A DNA stretch of 33,685 nt, taken from positions 1-33,685 of IMG/VR virus record IMGVR_UViG_3300032290_000684, one strand, 5' to 3'. This document shows positions 17,625-24,750 of this stretch, one piece after another. The position numbers and the translations under genes are program-made. The notes under the pieces were generated by a model. That model made no database searches and was not told the origin of the DNA. It worked only from the letters and a program-made list of their open reading frames with translations. Within the stretch, counting starts at the first letter, position 1, and each line of letters opens with the position of its first letter. The DNA comes from a virus (taxonomy: Duplodnaviria > Caudoviricetes).

Positions 17625-18034
17625 ATCTCAAATGATTTCCGTAATTTATTAAATTCTTCTCTTACTGTTTCTTTTTCCTTTAATTCCTTGCGAGACTGTA
17701 TATTTAAATAATCAGACAGCCAAGATGCACATTCTTTTTCAGAGCCAATATCTTGTGGCAATACTGCCTTCTGATTAATCCATTTCCAAAACTCAGGATC
17801 TCTGCACATCATGCCAGCCATCTTTACTGCATGGTCTCCTGGAAACTCTAGTTCACGATTGACAGGTTGTTCGTTGTCTCCGATACGAACCATGACAACC
17901 ATGTACCTAGCGCCTACAAAGTCACGCATTAGGTCTTCTGGCAGATCATCGGGATGAACCGCCAGAGAAAGACCATATCCGTCTTTGGTTTGTTTTAGGG
18001 CGGTCTTAATCGCTTCGAACTGTATCGTGTTCAA
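17609..18034 (-). CDS. Conserved hypothetical phage protein
   Basis: Likely TTG start at 18034 after a GGAG RBS (ORF track starts at 18064). IQFEAIK.ALKQ.KDGY.L.L.VHPDD..AG..CRDPEFW..SRKEL pattern. Confidence 0.7.
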   Translation of the reverse strand: MNTIQFEAIKTALKQTKDGYGLSLAVHPDDLPEDLMRDFVGARYMVVMVRIGDNEQPVNRELEFPGDHAVKMAGMMCRDPEFWKWINQKAVLPQDIGSEKECASWLSDYLNIQSRKELKEKETVREEFNKLRKSFEIWKRS

Positions 18035-18275
18035 TCTTGTTCTCCAGATAAGACACCACAGCACGATAACCTATGGCTTGGTGTTTAAGGTTAGCAATTT
18101 CAAATTGAAGATCGCCAATCTTTGTATTAAGTTTTTCATTCTCAGCAAACTCATCACGCAAAGCAACCTGTAAATGTTTGGCAAGTTTCTCCCAATCTAC
18201 CTTCTTAGGGGTAGTTTTGGTCTTAGGTTTGTTCCTAGATCCTACTGGACGTCCACGCTTTTTTACAGTTCCCAT
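18006..18275 (-). CDS. AT-hook plus coiled-coil protein
   Basis: KKRGRPVGSRNKPK AT-hook-like N-terminus; GAGGAG RBS. Confidence 0.7.
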   Translation of the reverse strand: MGTVKKRGRPVGSRNKPKTKTTPKKVDWEKLAKHLQVALRDEFAENEKLNTKIGDLQFEIANLKHQAIGYRAVVSYLENKIEHDTVRSD

Positions 18276-18538
18276 GGTTGTTTCTCCTCAGTTTTTGATT
18301 GATCGTCTTTCTTGTATGGCTCAGATGCTTGCAAGGAAATGTAAGGATCTCCAGCAGTAGTCTTTTTATTCCAGCCAGCCAGTGCAACTTCTACTAGACT
18401 GCCCTTAGATTTATGGATTAGATCTTCTAAAAGAACCTTATCTACAAATACAGATCCACGCAAAGCTGGGTGACTCTCAGACTTCTTATACTTGTTCAAC
18501 CACAGATTACCTGCGTTGGCTTTTTGTTCGTATGCCAT
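18263..18538 (-). CDS. Putative ssDNA-binding protein (DUF736-like)
   Basis: N.G.LW.N..K..E.HP...G..LAGW.K......YISL with an acidic/aromatic tail; adjacent to the ERF gene. Confidence 0.6.
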   Translation of the reverse strand: MAYEQKANAGNLWLNKYKKSESHPALRGSVFVDKVLLEDLIHKSKGSLVEVALAGWNKKTTAGDPYISLQASEPYKKDDQSKTEEKQPWEL

Positions 18539-18540
18539 GC

Positions 18541-19224
18541 TTACTCCTTTATTAAGTTTTCTTTGGCTTGTTTAAATTTTGCTAAGACATCCTCGTAATC
18601 TTTTGGATGCTCGGTCTTCATGGCGTCAAAGATGTTGCGGTTCTTTTGGAAGATTGACTTAATGTCTTCTTCCTTGTTTACCAAGGTCAACATCAACTCG
18701 ACCGCACCAACAACTGCTGGCAGGTTCTCAACGCCATCTACCTTTAATTGCCAATCACCTGGTTCACCATCCAGTTTGGTATGCACCTTTGCTTTAGGCA
18801 CGATTGGCTTAAAGGGCGGTGCAAGACTTGGTTCATGATTAGTAGACTTAGGTTCACTAGCATCTACAATATCATTCTCAGTTATCTCCATGCACATTAG
18901 CCATAGGTAACGGCGCAAGTATGTATGAGTGCTACCTAGGTTCTGAATGGGCTGGGTCTTATCCATACTGGCAAAGACCATCGGGGATGTAAAGGTAACG
19001 AAGTCATCCTTTTCCTCTACGTTATGGACTGTGAGGTAAGCAGTATCTTGGGTAAAAGATACAACCCCACACAGACCTAAGTCGTTGAAGATTGAAGTGA
19101 CTTGCGGGACAAAATCTCCCAACTCAAAGTAATTAAACTTTGCGTAGGAGTTCTTGCCCGACTTGTTCAGCTTTGTATTGTGAAGCCTTACACGGGCTTC
19201 TTGTAGTTTTTTAAATACGCTCAT
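18541..19224 (-). CDS. erf: ERF-family single-strand annealing protein
   Basis: KSGKN.Y..FNYFEL.D and Q.LGSTHTYLRRYLW, the ERF GS..TY.RRY signature. Confidence 0.85.
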   Translation of the reverse strand: MSVFKKLQEARVRLHNTKLNKSGKNSYAKFNYFELGDFVPQVTSIFNDLGLCGVVSFTQDTAYLTVHNVEEKDDFVTFTSPMVFASMDKTQPIQNLGSTHTYLRRYLWLMCMEITENDIVDASEPKSTNHEPSLAPPFKPIVPKAKVHTKLDGEPGDWQLKVDGVENLPAVVGAVELMLTLVNKEEDIKSIFQKNRNIFDAMKTEHPKDYEDVLAKFKQAKENLIKE

Positions 19225-19376
19225 GCCACTTTTCCTAAATAAAGGTGAGTCAATGTTTGCGCCATGGTGTAAATATTCAAAGCCTCATCAGAAATATCTT
19301 TTTGAGGATTGGCATATTCTGGGTTTGACGCCAACGCCACCATAAACTTCAAGGTTAATTCTTGTGATGTTTCCAT
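19221..19376 (-). CDS. Hypothetical protein, 51 aa
   Basis: Hand-translated: METSQELTLKFMVALASNPEYANPQKDISDEALNIYTMAQTLTHLYLGKVA. AAGGAG RBS, ATGA overlap with erf. Confidence 0.75.
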   Translation of the reverse strand: METSQELTLKFMVALASNPEYANPQKDISDEALNIYTMAQTLTHLYLGKVA

Positions 19377-19385
19377 TGTTTCTCC

Positions 19386-19529
19386 TTAACAGCCGATTGG
19401 TTTCCATGGTCCATTGACTTTGGTATCCCAACAGCACATACCGCCACGACCATCCGACTCACATTTAACTTGAGCCATAACGCCTGTCGTTAATAAACTA
19501 ATAAACACTGCAACGATTGCTTTTTTCAT
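19386..19529 (-). CDS. Putative secreted cysteine-rich peptide, 47 aa
   Basis: Hand-translated: MKKAIVAVFISLLTTGVMA/QVKCESDGRGGMCCWDTKVNGPWKPIGC. Sec-type signal peptide; AAGGAG RBS. Confidence 0.75.
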   Translation of the reverse strand: MKKAIVAVFISLLTTGVMAQVKCESDGRGGMCCWDTKVNGPWKPIGC

Positions 19530-19530
19530 A

Positions 19531-20403
19531 TCATTCTCCTTGATTAAAATTCTTCCACTGATCGCAGAAGTCCCTTACTAAACAGAAGTTTGCACAGCGA
19601 GTCCTCTCTCCTAAGCGCACCTCTACTTCGTAATCTTTGCCAAGTTCCGACAGTTTCTTGTCGGCATCTTCCTTGGTGTCGCAGACGGCGGTCGCACGTT
19701 TCCCACCAGTCTTGCGTATAGCGTAATAAGTCGCCTTCTCCCACATCTGCTCAGGTGTGCAGAGAGGCAGATCTTCCCCTGTCTCGGAAGCGAAAAGCGC
19801 ATCGGAATGTAAACGGATTCTTTCCTTAATAAAATTCTCACGTTCTTCATAAGACCAAAGCGGTACATCAATGACCTTGATAGGCGCTTCTGGATATCCC
19901 TCTTTAGTTTGCGCATCCCGTCTACTCCAATCCCTGATGATGGCTATGATCTCCACCTTTTTTACGGGGGTCTTCTTAACCCTTTCTACTAGCCATGCGT
20001 AGATGTTTAACTGCTGTTCCCATTCAATCTTTTCATTCATCACACCCCATGCACCCGTGGTCTTGTAGTCTGAAACCACGATTCCATCAGGCTCTATGCG
20101 CTGTAAGTCTACCGCACCCGATATGTTCCACCCGTCTAGTTCTGCATGGAGTCGTTGCTCAATCACATGGTTCTCGTCCTTGCCAAGTTCCAATACCGCA
20201 TGGATGGCAGTTCCAAAGATTGCCCATACCTTGTCGGCAACATCCTCTTCCAGTTCGTCATAGTGGGTGTTCTTAAGTTGCACAATCCGTGGGCTATTGA
20301 TTAGTTCCGTAACGGATAGGTGTGCCTTCCCCTTGGTATATGTCGGTCTGCTCAGAACATTTACAAATGTCTGAGGCAGGTTAAATTTGTTAGTTATTTT
20401 CAC
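19531..20403 (-). CDS. PD-(D/E)XK exonuclease, Cas4-like
   Basis: GTAIH..E..ISGAVD..DYKTT..QLNIY and a C-terminal RC-x3-C-x5-C cluster; GTG start; next to erf. Confidence 0.85.
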   Translation of the reverse strand: MKITNKFNLPQTFVNVLSRPTYTKGKAHLSVTELINSPRIVQLKNTHYDELEEDVADKVWAIFGTAIHAVLELGKDENHVIEQRLHAELDGWNISGAVDLQRIEPDGIVVSDYKTTGAWGVMNEKIEWEQQLNIYAWLVERVKKTPVKKVEIIAIIRDWSRRDAQTKEGYPEAPIKVIDVPLWSYEERENFIKERIRLHSDALFASETGEDLPLCTPEQMWEKATYYAIRKTGGKRATAVCDTKEDADKKLSELGKDYEVEVRLGERTRCANFCLVRDFCDQWKNFNQGE

Positions 20404-20537
20404 AGTAATCTCCAGCCCACCATAAACACGTTGTAGAAAAACTTAAGGCAGAATCCTGCAAGAATGATGGCAAACATAGCCATGCTTACTAGCAAAAGCC
20501 AGCGACCAAAGTCTTTAATTAGTTCAGTTAAGTTCAT
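20400..20537 (-). CDS. Small membrane protein, 45 aa
   Basis: Hand-translated: MNLTELIKDFGRWLLLVSMAMFAIILAGFCLKFFYNVFMVGWRLL. GTGA overlap with the nuclease. Confidence 0.65.
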   Translation of the reverse strand: MNLTELIKDFGRWLLLVSMAMFAIILAGFCLKFFYNVFMVGWRLL

Positions 20538-20688
20538 TGTTTTCCCTCATCTCCTTTAGTCTCATTTGAATATCATGATCCATCTTCTGTTGCATGAATC
20601 TGTGCATAACTGCTAGTTCTTCTTGTTGTTCTCTTTTTTCTTCAAAGTATCTGCGTTCATCTATACGGGTCTTCCAGCCTTTTCTCAT
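20524..20688 (-). CDS. Hypothetical charged helical protein, 54 aa
   Basis: Likely start MRKGWK at 20688 (TAATG coupling) rather than the ORF-track start at 20805. Confidence 0.65.
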   Translation of the reverse strand: MRKGWKTRIDERRYFEEKREQQEELAVMHRFMQQKMDHDIQMRLKEMRENNELN

Positions 20689-20864
20689 TAGCAGTTCCTT
20701 AGATCCTTGGTTTTTTCTAGGCAGTAGTCCAGCAAGTCCTCTGTCTCCCGAAAGGCTTGCATAGCGTGGTGGTATGCGCCCATATGGTTGTTTGCCAGGA
20801 GGCACTCCTCGGTTCTGCGTAGGAATTCTCTGGCATTAATCAATGATTCAGCGTAATCTTTCAT
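20688..20864 (-). CDS. Hypothetical protein, 58 aa (first gene of the leftward operon)
   Basis: Hand-translated: MKDYAESLINAREFLRRTEECLLANNHMGAYHHAMQAFRETEDLLDYCLEKTKDLRNC. GGGAG RBS, directly after a promoter. Confidence 0.7.
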   Translation of the reverse strand: MKDYAESLINAREFLRRTEECLLANNHMGAYHHAMQAFRETEDLLDYCLEKTKDLRNC

Positions 20865-20886
20865 GTATGTTTCTCCCTTTTTAAGT

Positions 20887-20915
20887 AATGTATTATATCT
20901 TTATACGTATGTCAA
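20887..20915 (-). promoter_or_regulatory. Sigma70-type promoter for the leftward operon
   Basis: TTGACA (20915-20910), 17 bp, TACATT (20892-20887) in the AT-rich divergent gap. Confidence 0.65.
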
Positions 20916-20959
20916 CAGAATATTTGTTCTTATTGCAACACACAATGAAAGAAAAGTAA

Positions 20960-21277
20960 ATGGCTAGTAGTCCTACTCAAAGAAGTCTTAAATTAATGCG
21001 GGATCAAGGGTATCTTTGCGAGATCACCGAAAGGTGGAATCCATTTGCCAAGATCAGGCAAGACCTATTTAATTTCGTGGATATCATTTGCATCAAGGAA
21101 GGCAAAACAGTTGCAGTCCAGACGACCAGCTACGGAAATATGTCTACAAGAATGAATAAAATTAAAGCCTTAGACACCTACCCCATAGTCAAGTCTGCTG
21201 GGTGGGAAATAGTAGTTCATGGTTGGAAAAAAGATAAATCTGGGCGCTGGATGGTGCGTGAAGTCTTTATGGAATAA
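20960..21277 (+). CDS. PD-(D/E)XK nuclease, Holliday-junction resolvase/VRR-NUC-like
   Basis: SPTQRSL..GY..E.WN..RQDLF..DII......VAVQ.TS..VHGW pattern. Confidence 0.75.
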   Translation: MASSPTQRSLKLMRDQGYLCEITERWNPFAKIRQDLFNFVDIICIKEGKTVAVQTTSYGNMSTRMNKIKALDTYPIVKSAGWEIVVHGWKKDKSGRWMVREVFME

Positions 21278-21285
21278 ACTATCCT

Positions 21286-21377
21286 TGCCAGCAGTTTTTG
21301 TTCAGCTTTTTCTGCTGGCGTCTCCCTTGGGGGTGTGGTGTTTATTCTCCTCACACGTGCATCACACCCCGCTTTTT
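21286..21377 (+). terminator. Tandem hairpins; the second is followed by a T-run (intrinsic terminator or small RNA)
   Basis: TGCCAGCAG/CTGCTGGCG (21286-21320) and GGGGTGTGGTGT/GCATCACACCCC (21330-21370) followed by GCTTTTT. Confidence 0.65.
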
Positions 21378-21378
21378 A

Positions 21379-21394
21379 GTGGAAGCGTTTCCAC
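21379..21394. repeat. 16-bp palindrome, copy 3 (GTGGAAGCGTTTCCAC)
   Basis: One mismatch; intergenic, between the terminator-like hairpin and the 21468 promoter. Confidence 0.9.
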
Positions 21395-21467
21395 TTAGTT
21401 TTTTTCTTTATTTAAATCAATAACTTACAATGGTTGTTTTTATTTATTAGGACTTTCCCTAATCCTG

Positions 21468-21496
21468 TTGCATTTTTGTCAGTAGTTTCCTATACT
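21468..21496 (+). promoter_or_regulatory. Sigma70-type promoter for the RNA leader and replication operon
   Basis: TTGCAT (21468-21473), 17 bp, TATACT (21491-21496), preceded by AT-rich DNA. Confidence 0.75.
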
Positions 21497-21508
21497 ACTT
21501 ACGCTGAG

Positions 21509-21535
21509 TTGGCGCTTGGCTTATAATTCCTAGCA
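21509..21535 (+). promoter_or_regulatory. Upstream antisense target module (b1/a1-like)
   Basis: TTGGCG (21509-21514) and TTCCTAGCA (21527-21535) are reverse complements of the bulge CGCCAA and loop TGCTAGGAA of the adjacent RNA. Confidence 0.75.
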
Positions 21536-21540
21536 TGACG

Positions 21541-21633
21541 AGACCGTTAAGGTCTGTTGTTTCGCACTATGTAAGTTTTGCTAGGAAGATTTACACAGTG
21601 TCACGCCAATGAAACGACAGATTTTAGCGGTCT
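21541..21633 (+). ncRNA. C4/CI-type antisense RNA
   Basis: 23-bp outer stem (21541-21563 with 21611-21633, four G-U pairs), 15-bp inner stem with one mismatch, loop-spanning TGCTAGGAA (21579-21587) and 3' bulge CGCCAA (21604-21609). Same architecture as P1/P7 C4 and P4 CI RNA. Confidence 0.8.
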
Positions 21634-21648
21634 TTTGTCGTTTGCAGC

Positions 21649-21830
21649 CTCGATATGTTGGACGGGTAAACACACCAGCGACATAGCGAGTAAGCAGACT
21701 GGGGGTAAGTGGATGTGATACTGCACAAGTAGGTGGCGAAGATAGTGCCTACTCCACGAAAGACTGTCGAGTGCTGTGGCTCCGAAAGAGAAACGGTTAA
21801 AGGCGCACTAGGTAGGCTGAGTGCGCTCAC
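21649..21830 (+). ncRNA. Candidate multi-stem structured RNA or ssDNA element
   Basis: GC-richer segment with no credible + strand gene, folding into consecutive stems and a three-way junction (see findings). Confidence 0.55.
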
Positions 21831-21853
21831 CAAAAGAGAACCTTGATATAACT

Positions 21854-22027
21854 ATGAGAGAAGATAAGAAGAACAAGGATTGGAACATGACTCAGGAAGA
21901 AGTTGCTGAGGCGTTTGGGATTAGTAGGAACTACGTCCAACAGATAGAAAAACGGGCGCTAGAAAAGTTGCGGGCGGAGTTTAAAAAACGTGGAGTGATG
22001 AAAGAAGATTACTTAGGAGAAGACTAG
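21854..22027 (+). CDS. Stand-alone sigma70 region 4-like HTH protein
   Basis: MTQEEVAEAFGISRNYVQQIEKRALEKLR matches the sigma70 r4 HTH. ATG at 21854 preferred over GTG at 21821. Confidence 0.85.
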   Translation: MREDKKNKDWNMTQEEVAEAFGISRNYVQQIEKRALEKLRAEFKKRGVMKEDYLGED

Positions 22028-22264
22028 ATGGAAATACCAATTCCTTTTGTGGGATGGATAGAGGATGATTCACCAGAAGAACTGATTGAATTTCTAAAAT
22101 CAGAATTAAAAAGCAACTCAACGACATACACATTCGGGCATAAGAGAATGCAAGAAATAGTGGATGCGTTAGATAAGTTAAAAGAAGAAAGAGATTTATA
22201 TAAAAATGGATTTAAAGGCGGAGATCAAGAGGCAACTAAAGGTTGTCCCCAAGTCAGTAATTAG
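22028..22264 (+). CDS. Hypothetical protein
   Basis: 78 aa, AGGAG RBS, abuts the previous stop. Confidence 0.65.
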   Translation: MEIPIPFVGWIEDDSPEELIEFLKSELKSNSTTYTFGHKRMQEIVDALDKLKEERDLYKNGFKGGDQEATKGCPQVSN

Positions 22265-22391
22265 TGGTGGTCTAATGACATCGGTTAGTTGGAAAGAAAA
22301 AGCAGTAAAAGCGCAGAAGATCTTAAGTCAGCCCAATGCAAAGCGGTCTGATCTTGAGAACATTCTGGATGAGTTAAGACGATTTCAATAG
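22206..22391 (+). CDS. Hypothetical basic protein
   Basis: 61 aa, fills the gap before the ParB-like gene. Confidence 0.6.
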   Translation: MDLKAEIKRQLKVVPKSVISGGLMTSVSWKEKAVKAQKILSQPNAKRSDLENILDELRRFQ

Positions 22392-22400
22392 GAGAATGAA

Positions 22401-23201
22401 ATGAAACTAAAGCTGGAACAAATTATTATCGACAAGGGAACACAAACCCGTGATGAGATAGATCAGAAGACAGTAACGGAATATTCAGAAGCCCTTTTAA
22501 ATAAAGAAGTATTCCCACCAGTAACTGTGTTTTATGACGGGGTTAAGTATTACTTGGCAGACGGGTTTCATAGGTATTTTGCCCACAAGCAAGTTAAATA
22601 TACTGAGATTGATGTAAACGTCACTAACGGCACGTTGCGTAATGCACTAGAGTTTGCCATTGGAACTAACGACAAACATGGATTAAAGCGTTCTATTAAA
22701 GACAAGCGTAAAGCCGTGCTGATTGCTTTTGATGATGTGGAGTGGGGTTCTTTAACCAATCGTGAGATTGCAAAGCTCTGCCGTGTATCCCATACCTTTG
22801 TGAATGATGTAAAAGAAAGCCTTGAGAAACCAAAAGATAAAAAGAAAAAAGATCCGTTAAAAGCACGGAACAAGAATCAGAACAATCCAACTAATATCGA
22901 CACCGATTTTACCCAAGACGACAAGGTTACAGAACTGCTTGTTACCCAGAAAGAATTAGAAGAAGAGAACACTAAACTGCTAGATCAGTTGGCTCTTAAG
23001 GTGATGGATGTTACGCCAGAACAAAAGAAGATGGCAGAACAAACCATCGAGGAACTACGGGCTGATAACAAACGATTGGAACAAGAACTAGAGTCCATGA
23101 CTACTAGCCGTGATGGTTATATGAGGGAAAATGCTGAGATGAAAAAGCAATTAACTTGGTATAAAAAACAGTTAAGTAAATTTCAAAAGGAAGTAGCATA
23201 A
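22401..23201 (+). CDS. ParB-like protein (ParB/Srx N-domain, HTH, coiled coil)
   Basis: Q.R..ID...V.EY..FPPV.V......LADGFHR N-domain; LTNREIAKLCRVSHTFV HTH; C-terminal coiled coil; AGGAG RBS. Confidence 0.85.
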   Translation: MKLKLEQIIIDKGTQTRDEIDQKTVTEYSEALLNKEVFPPVTVFYDGVKYYLADGFHRYFAHKQVKYTEIDVNVTNGTLRNALEFAIGTNDKHGLKRSIKDKRKAVLIAFDDVEWGSLTNREIAKLCRVSHTFVNDVKESLEKPKDKKKKDPLKARNKNQNNPTNIDTDFTQDDKVTELLVTQKELEEENTKLLDQLALKVMDVTPEQKKMAEQTIEELRADNKRLEQELESMTTSRDGYMRENAEMKKQLTWYKKQLSKFQKEVA

Positions 23202-23207
23202 CGAATA

Positions 23208-23235
23208 CTGACGCTAGGCAGTTTCCTAGCAGGAG
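23208..23235 (+). promoter_or_regulatory. Downstream antisense target module (b2/a2-like) at the helicase RBS
   Basis: CTGACGCTAGGCAGTTTCCTAGCAGGAG is a degenerate copy of 21509-21535. TTCCTAGCA (23223-23231) runs into AGGAG; local hairpin GCTAGG/CCTAGC. Confidence 0.65.
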
Positions 23236-23241
23236 AAAAAT

Positions 23242-24750
23242 ATGCTGAAGTTAAGACCCCACCAAACAGAGGTGGTGGAAAAGATTAGACAGGGATTTTC
23301 TGACGGCCATCGTTGCCAATTACTATATGCCCCAACGGGCTTTGGTAAGACTGAGGTAGCCATGGCAATCATGAAAGCGGTTGCAGAGAGTTATAAAAAG
23401 ACCGCCATGGTAATGGATAGGATTGTCCTGATTGACCAAACAAGCGCCCGTCTAGACAAGTATGGGATAGACCATGGGGTCATGCAGTCTACCCATTGGA
23501 GATACCGACCACAAGAGAGGATTCAGGTCTGCTCTGCACAGACATTGGAAAGAAGAAAGACCTTTCCCGATATCAATCTACTCATCATAGACGAATGCCA
23601 CATAGCAAGGCGTGGCGTTAATAAGTTTATTAAAGACAATCCCCATATAAAAGTCATAGGACTGACGGCATCCCCGTTTACGAAAGGTCTTGGAAGTATC
23701 TATACCCATATCGTAGGTGCTAAATCTACGGGAGATCTAGTAACGGACGGGTGGCTATGTCCTTTGCGAGTCTTTATAGCAAAAGAAATAGACATGGAAG
23801 GTGCTAAAAAGATAGCGGGTGAATGGTCTGCGGATGATGTTACAGAACGAGGCATCAAGATTACGGGAGATATCGTTACGGAATGGGAAAAGAAAACCCT
23901 AGAAGTATTTGGTAAGCCTGTAAAGACGATTGTCTTTTGTTCAGGTGTAGCCCATGGCAGACATCTACAGGCAAAGTTTTTAGAACACGGCTATCGGTTT
24001 GAGTCCATATCCTACAAGGAAGATGATGAATTTAAACGGGATACCATTGAGGACTTTTCCAGACCAGACACGGAGATCCATGGGTTGATTGCTACCGACA
24101 TTCTGACCCGTGGTTTTGACGTAACGGATGTCATGATCGGGGTATCTGCTAGACCTTTTTCAAAGTCCTTCTCATCCCATGTCCAACAGTTAGGACGCAT
24201 CATGCGAACCCATCCTGGCAAGGAGTATGGTTTATGGCTAGATCATTCAGGAAACTACCTACGATTTAAAGACGATTGGGATTCCCTGTATGAGGAGGGA
24301 GTAAAAGAACTTAAGGATGGTGGCGAGAAAGCCAAGAGAGAGCCGACCGAAAGAGAAAAGAAAGAACTGAAATGCCCTGCTTGTGAAGCCTTATGGACTA
24401 GCAAGACAGACAAGTGCGACAACTGTGGGCATATTCGTAAGCGTATGTCATCCGTCATCAACATAGATGGAGAACTAGAAGAACTAGCAGTAAGTAATGC
24501 TAAGTTAAAGATTAGCCCACAAGACTTTTATTCCCAACTACTCTACTACGCTAGGACTAGAGGCATCAAGGACGGGTGGGCTTACCATAAAGTTCGCGAG
24601 AAGTTTGGTGCATTCCCAAGGGGACTTGTGCCGACAGCAAAAGAGCCATCACCAGAAACCATGGGTTGGATTAAATCAAGATCTATTGCGTATCGTAAGG
24701 GTCAAGAAAAACTAGCAAGAAAGATTGAAAACATAAGGGCATCTTCATGA
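23242..24750 (+). CDS. Superfamily 2 DNA helicase (RadD/YejH-like) with Zn ribbon
   Basis: LRPHQ, APTGFGKT, IIDECH, GLTASP, LTRGFD, QQLGRIMR motifs; CPAC..CDNC. Confidence 0.93.
   Translation: MLKLRPHQTEVVEKIRQGFSDGHRCQLLYAPTGFGKTEVAMAIMKAVAESYKKTAMVMDRIVLIDQTSARLDKYGIDHGVMQSTHWRYRPQERIQVCSAQTLERRKTFPDINLLIIDECHIARRGVNKFIKDNPHIKVIGLTASPFTKGLGSIYTHIVGAKSTGDLVTDGWLCPLRVFIAKEIDMEGAKKIAGEWSADDVTERGIKITGDIVTEWEKKTLEVFGKPVKTIVFCSGVAHGRHLQAKFLEHGYRFESISYKEDDEFKRDTIEDFSRPDTEIHGLIATDILTRGFDVTDVMIGVSARPFSKSFSSHVQQLGRIMRTHPGKEYGLWLDHSGNYLRFKDDWDSLYEEGVKELKDGGEKAKREPTEREKKELKCPACEALWTSKTDKCDNCGHIRKRMSSVINIDGELEELAVSNAKLKISPQDFYSQLLYYARTRGIKDGWAYHKVREKFGAFPRGLVPTAKEPSPETMGWIKSRSIAYRKGQEKLARKIENIRASS

Noticed and set aside
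19531-20403. CRISPR-associated cas4
   Set aside because: Stand-alone phage PD-(D/E)XK nuclease next to erf, with no cas1/cas2 or array.
20931-20942. TATTGCAACACA shared with the - strand near 30018-30029
   Set aside because: Only two copies of an AT-rich 12-mer; too weak to call an operator.
21624-21833. 69-aa minus-strand ORF over the structured region
   Set aside because: Antisense to the promoter-driven operon with no RBS; RNA structure explains the region better.
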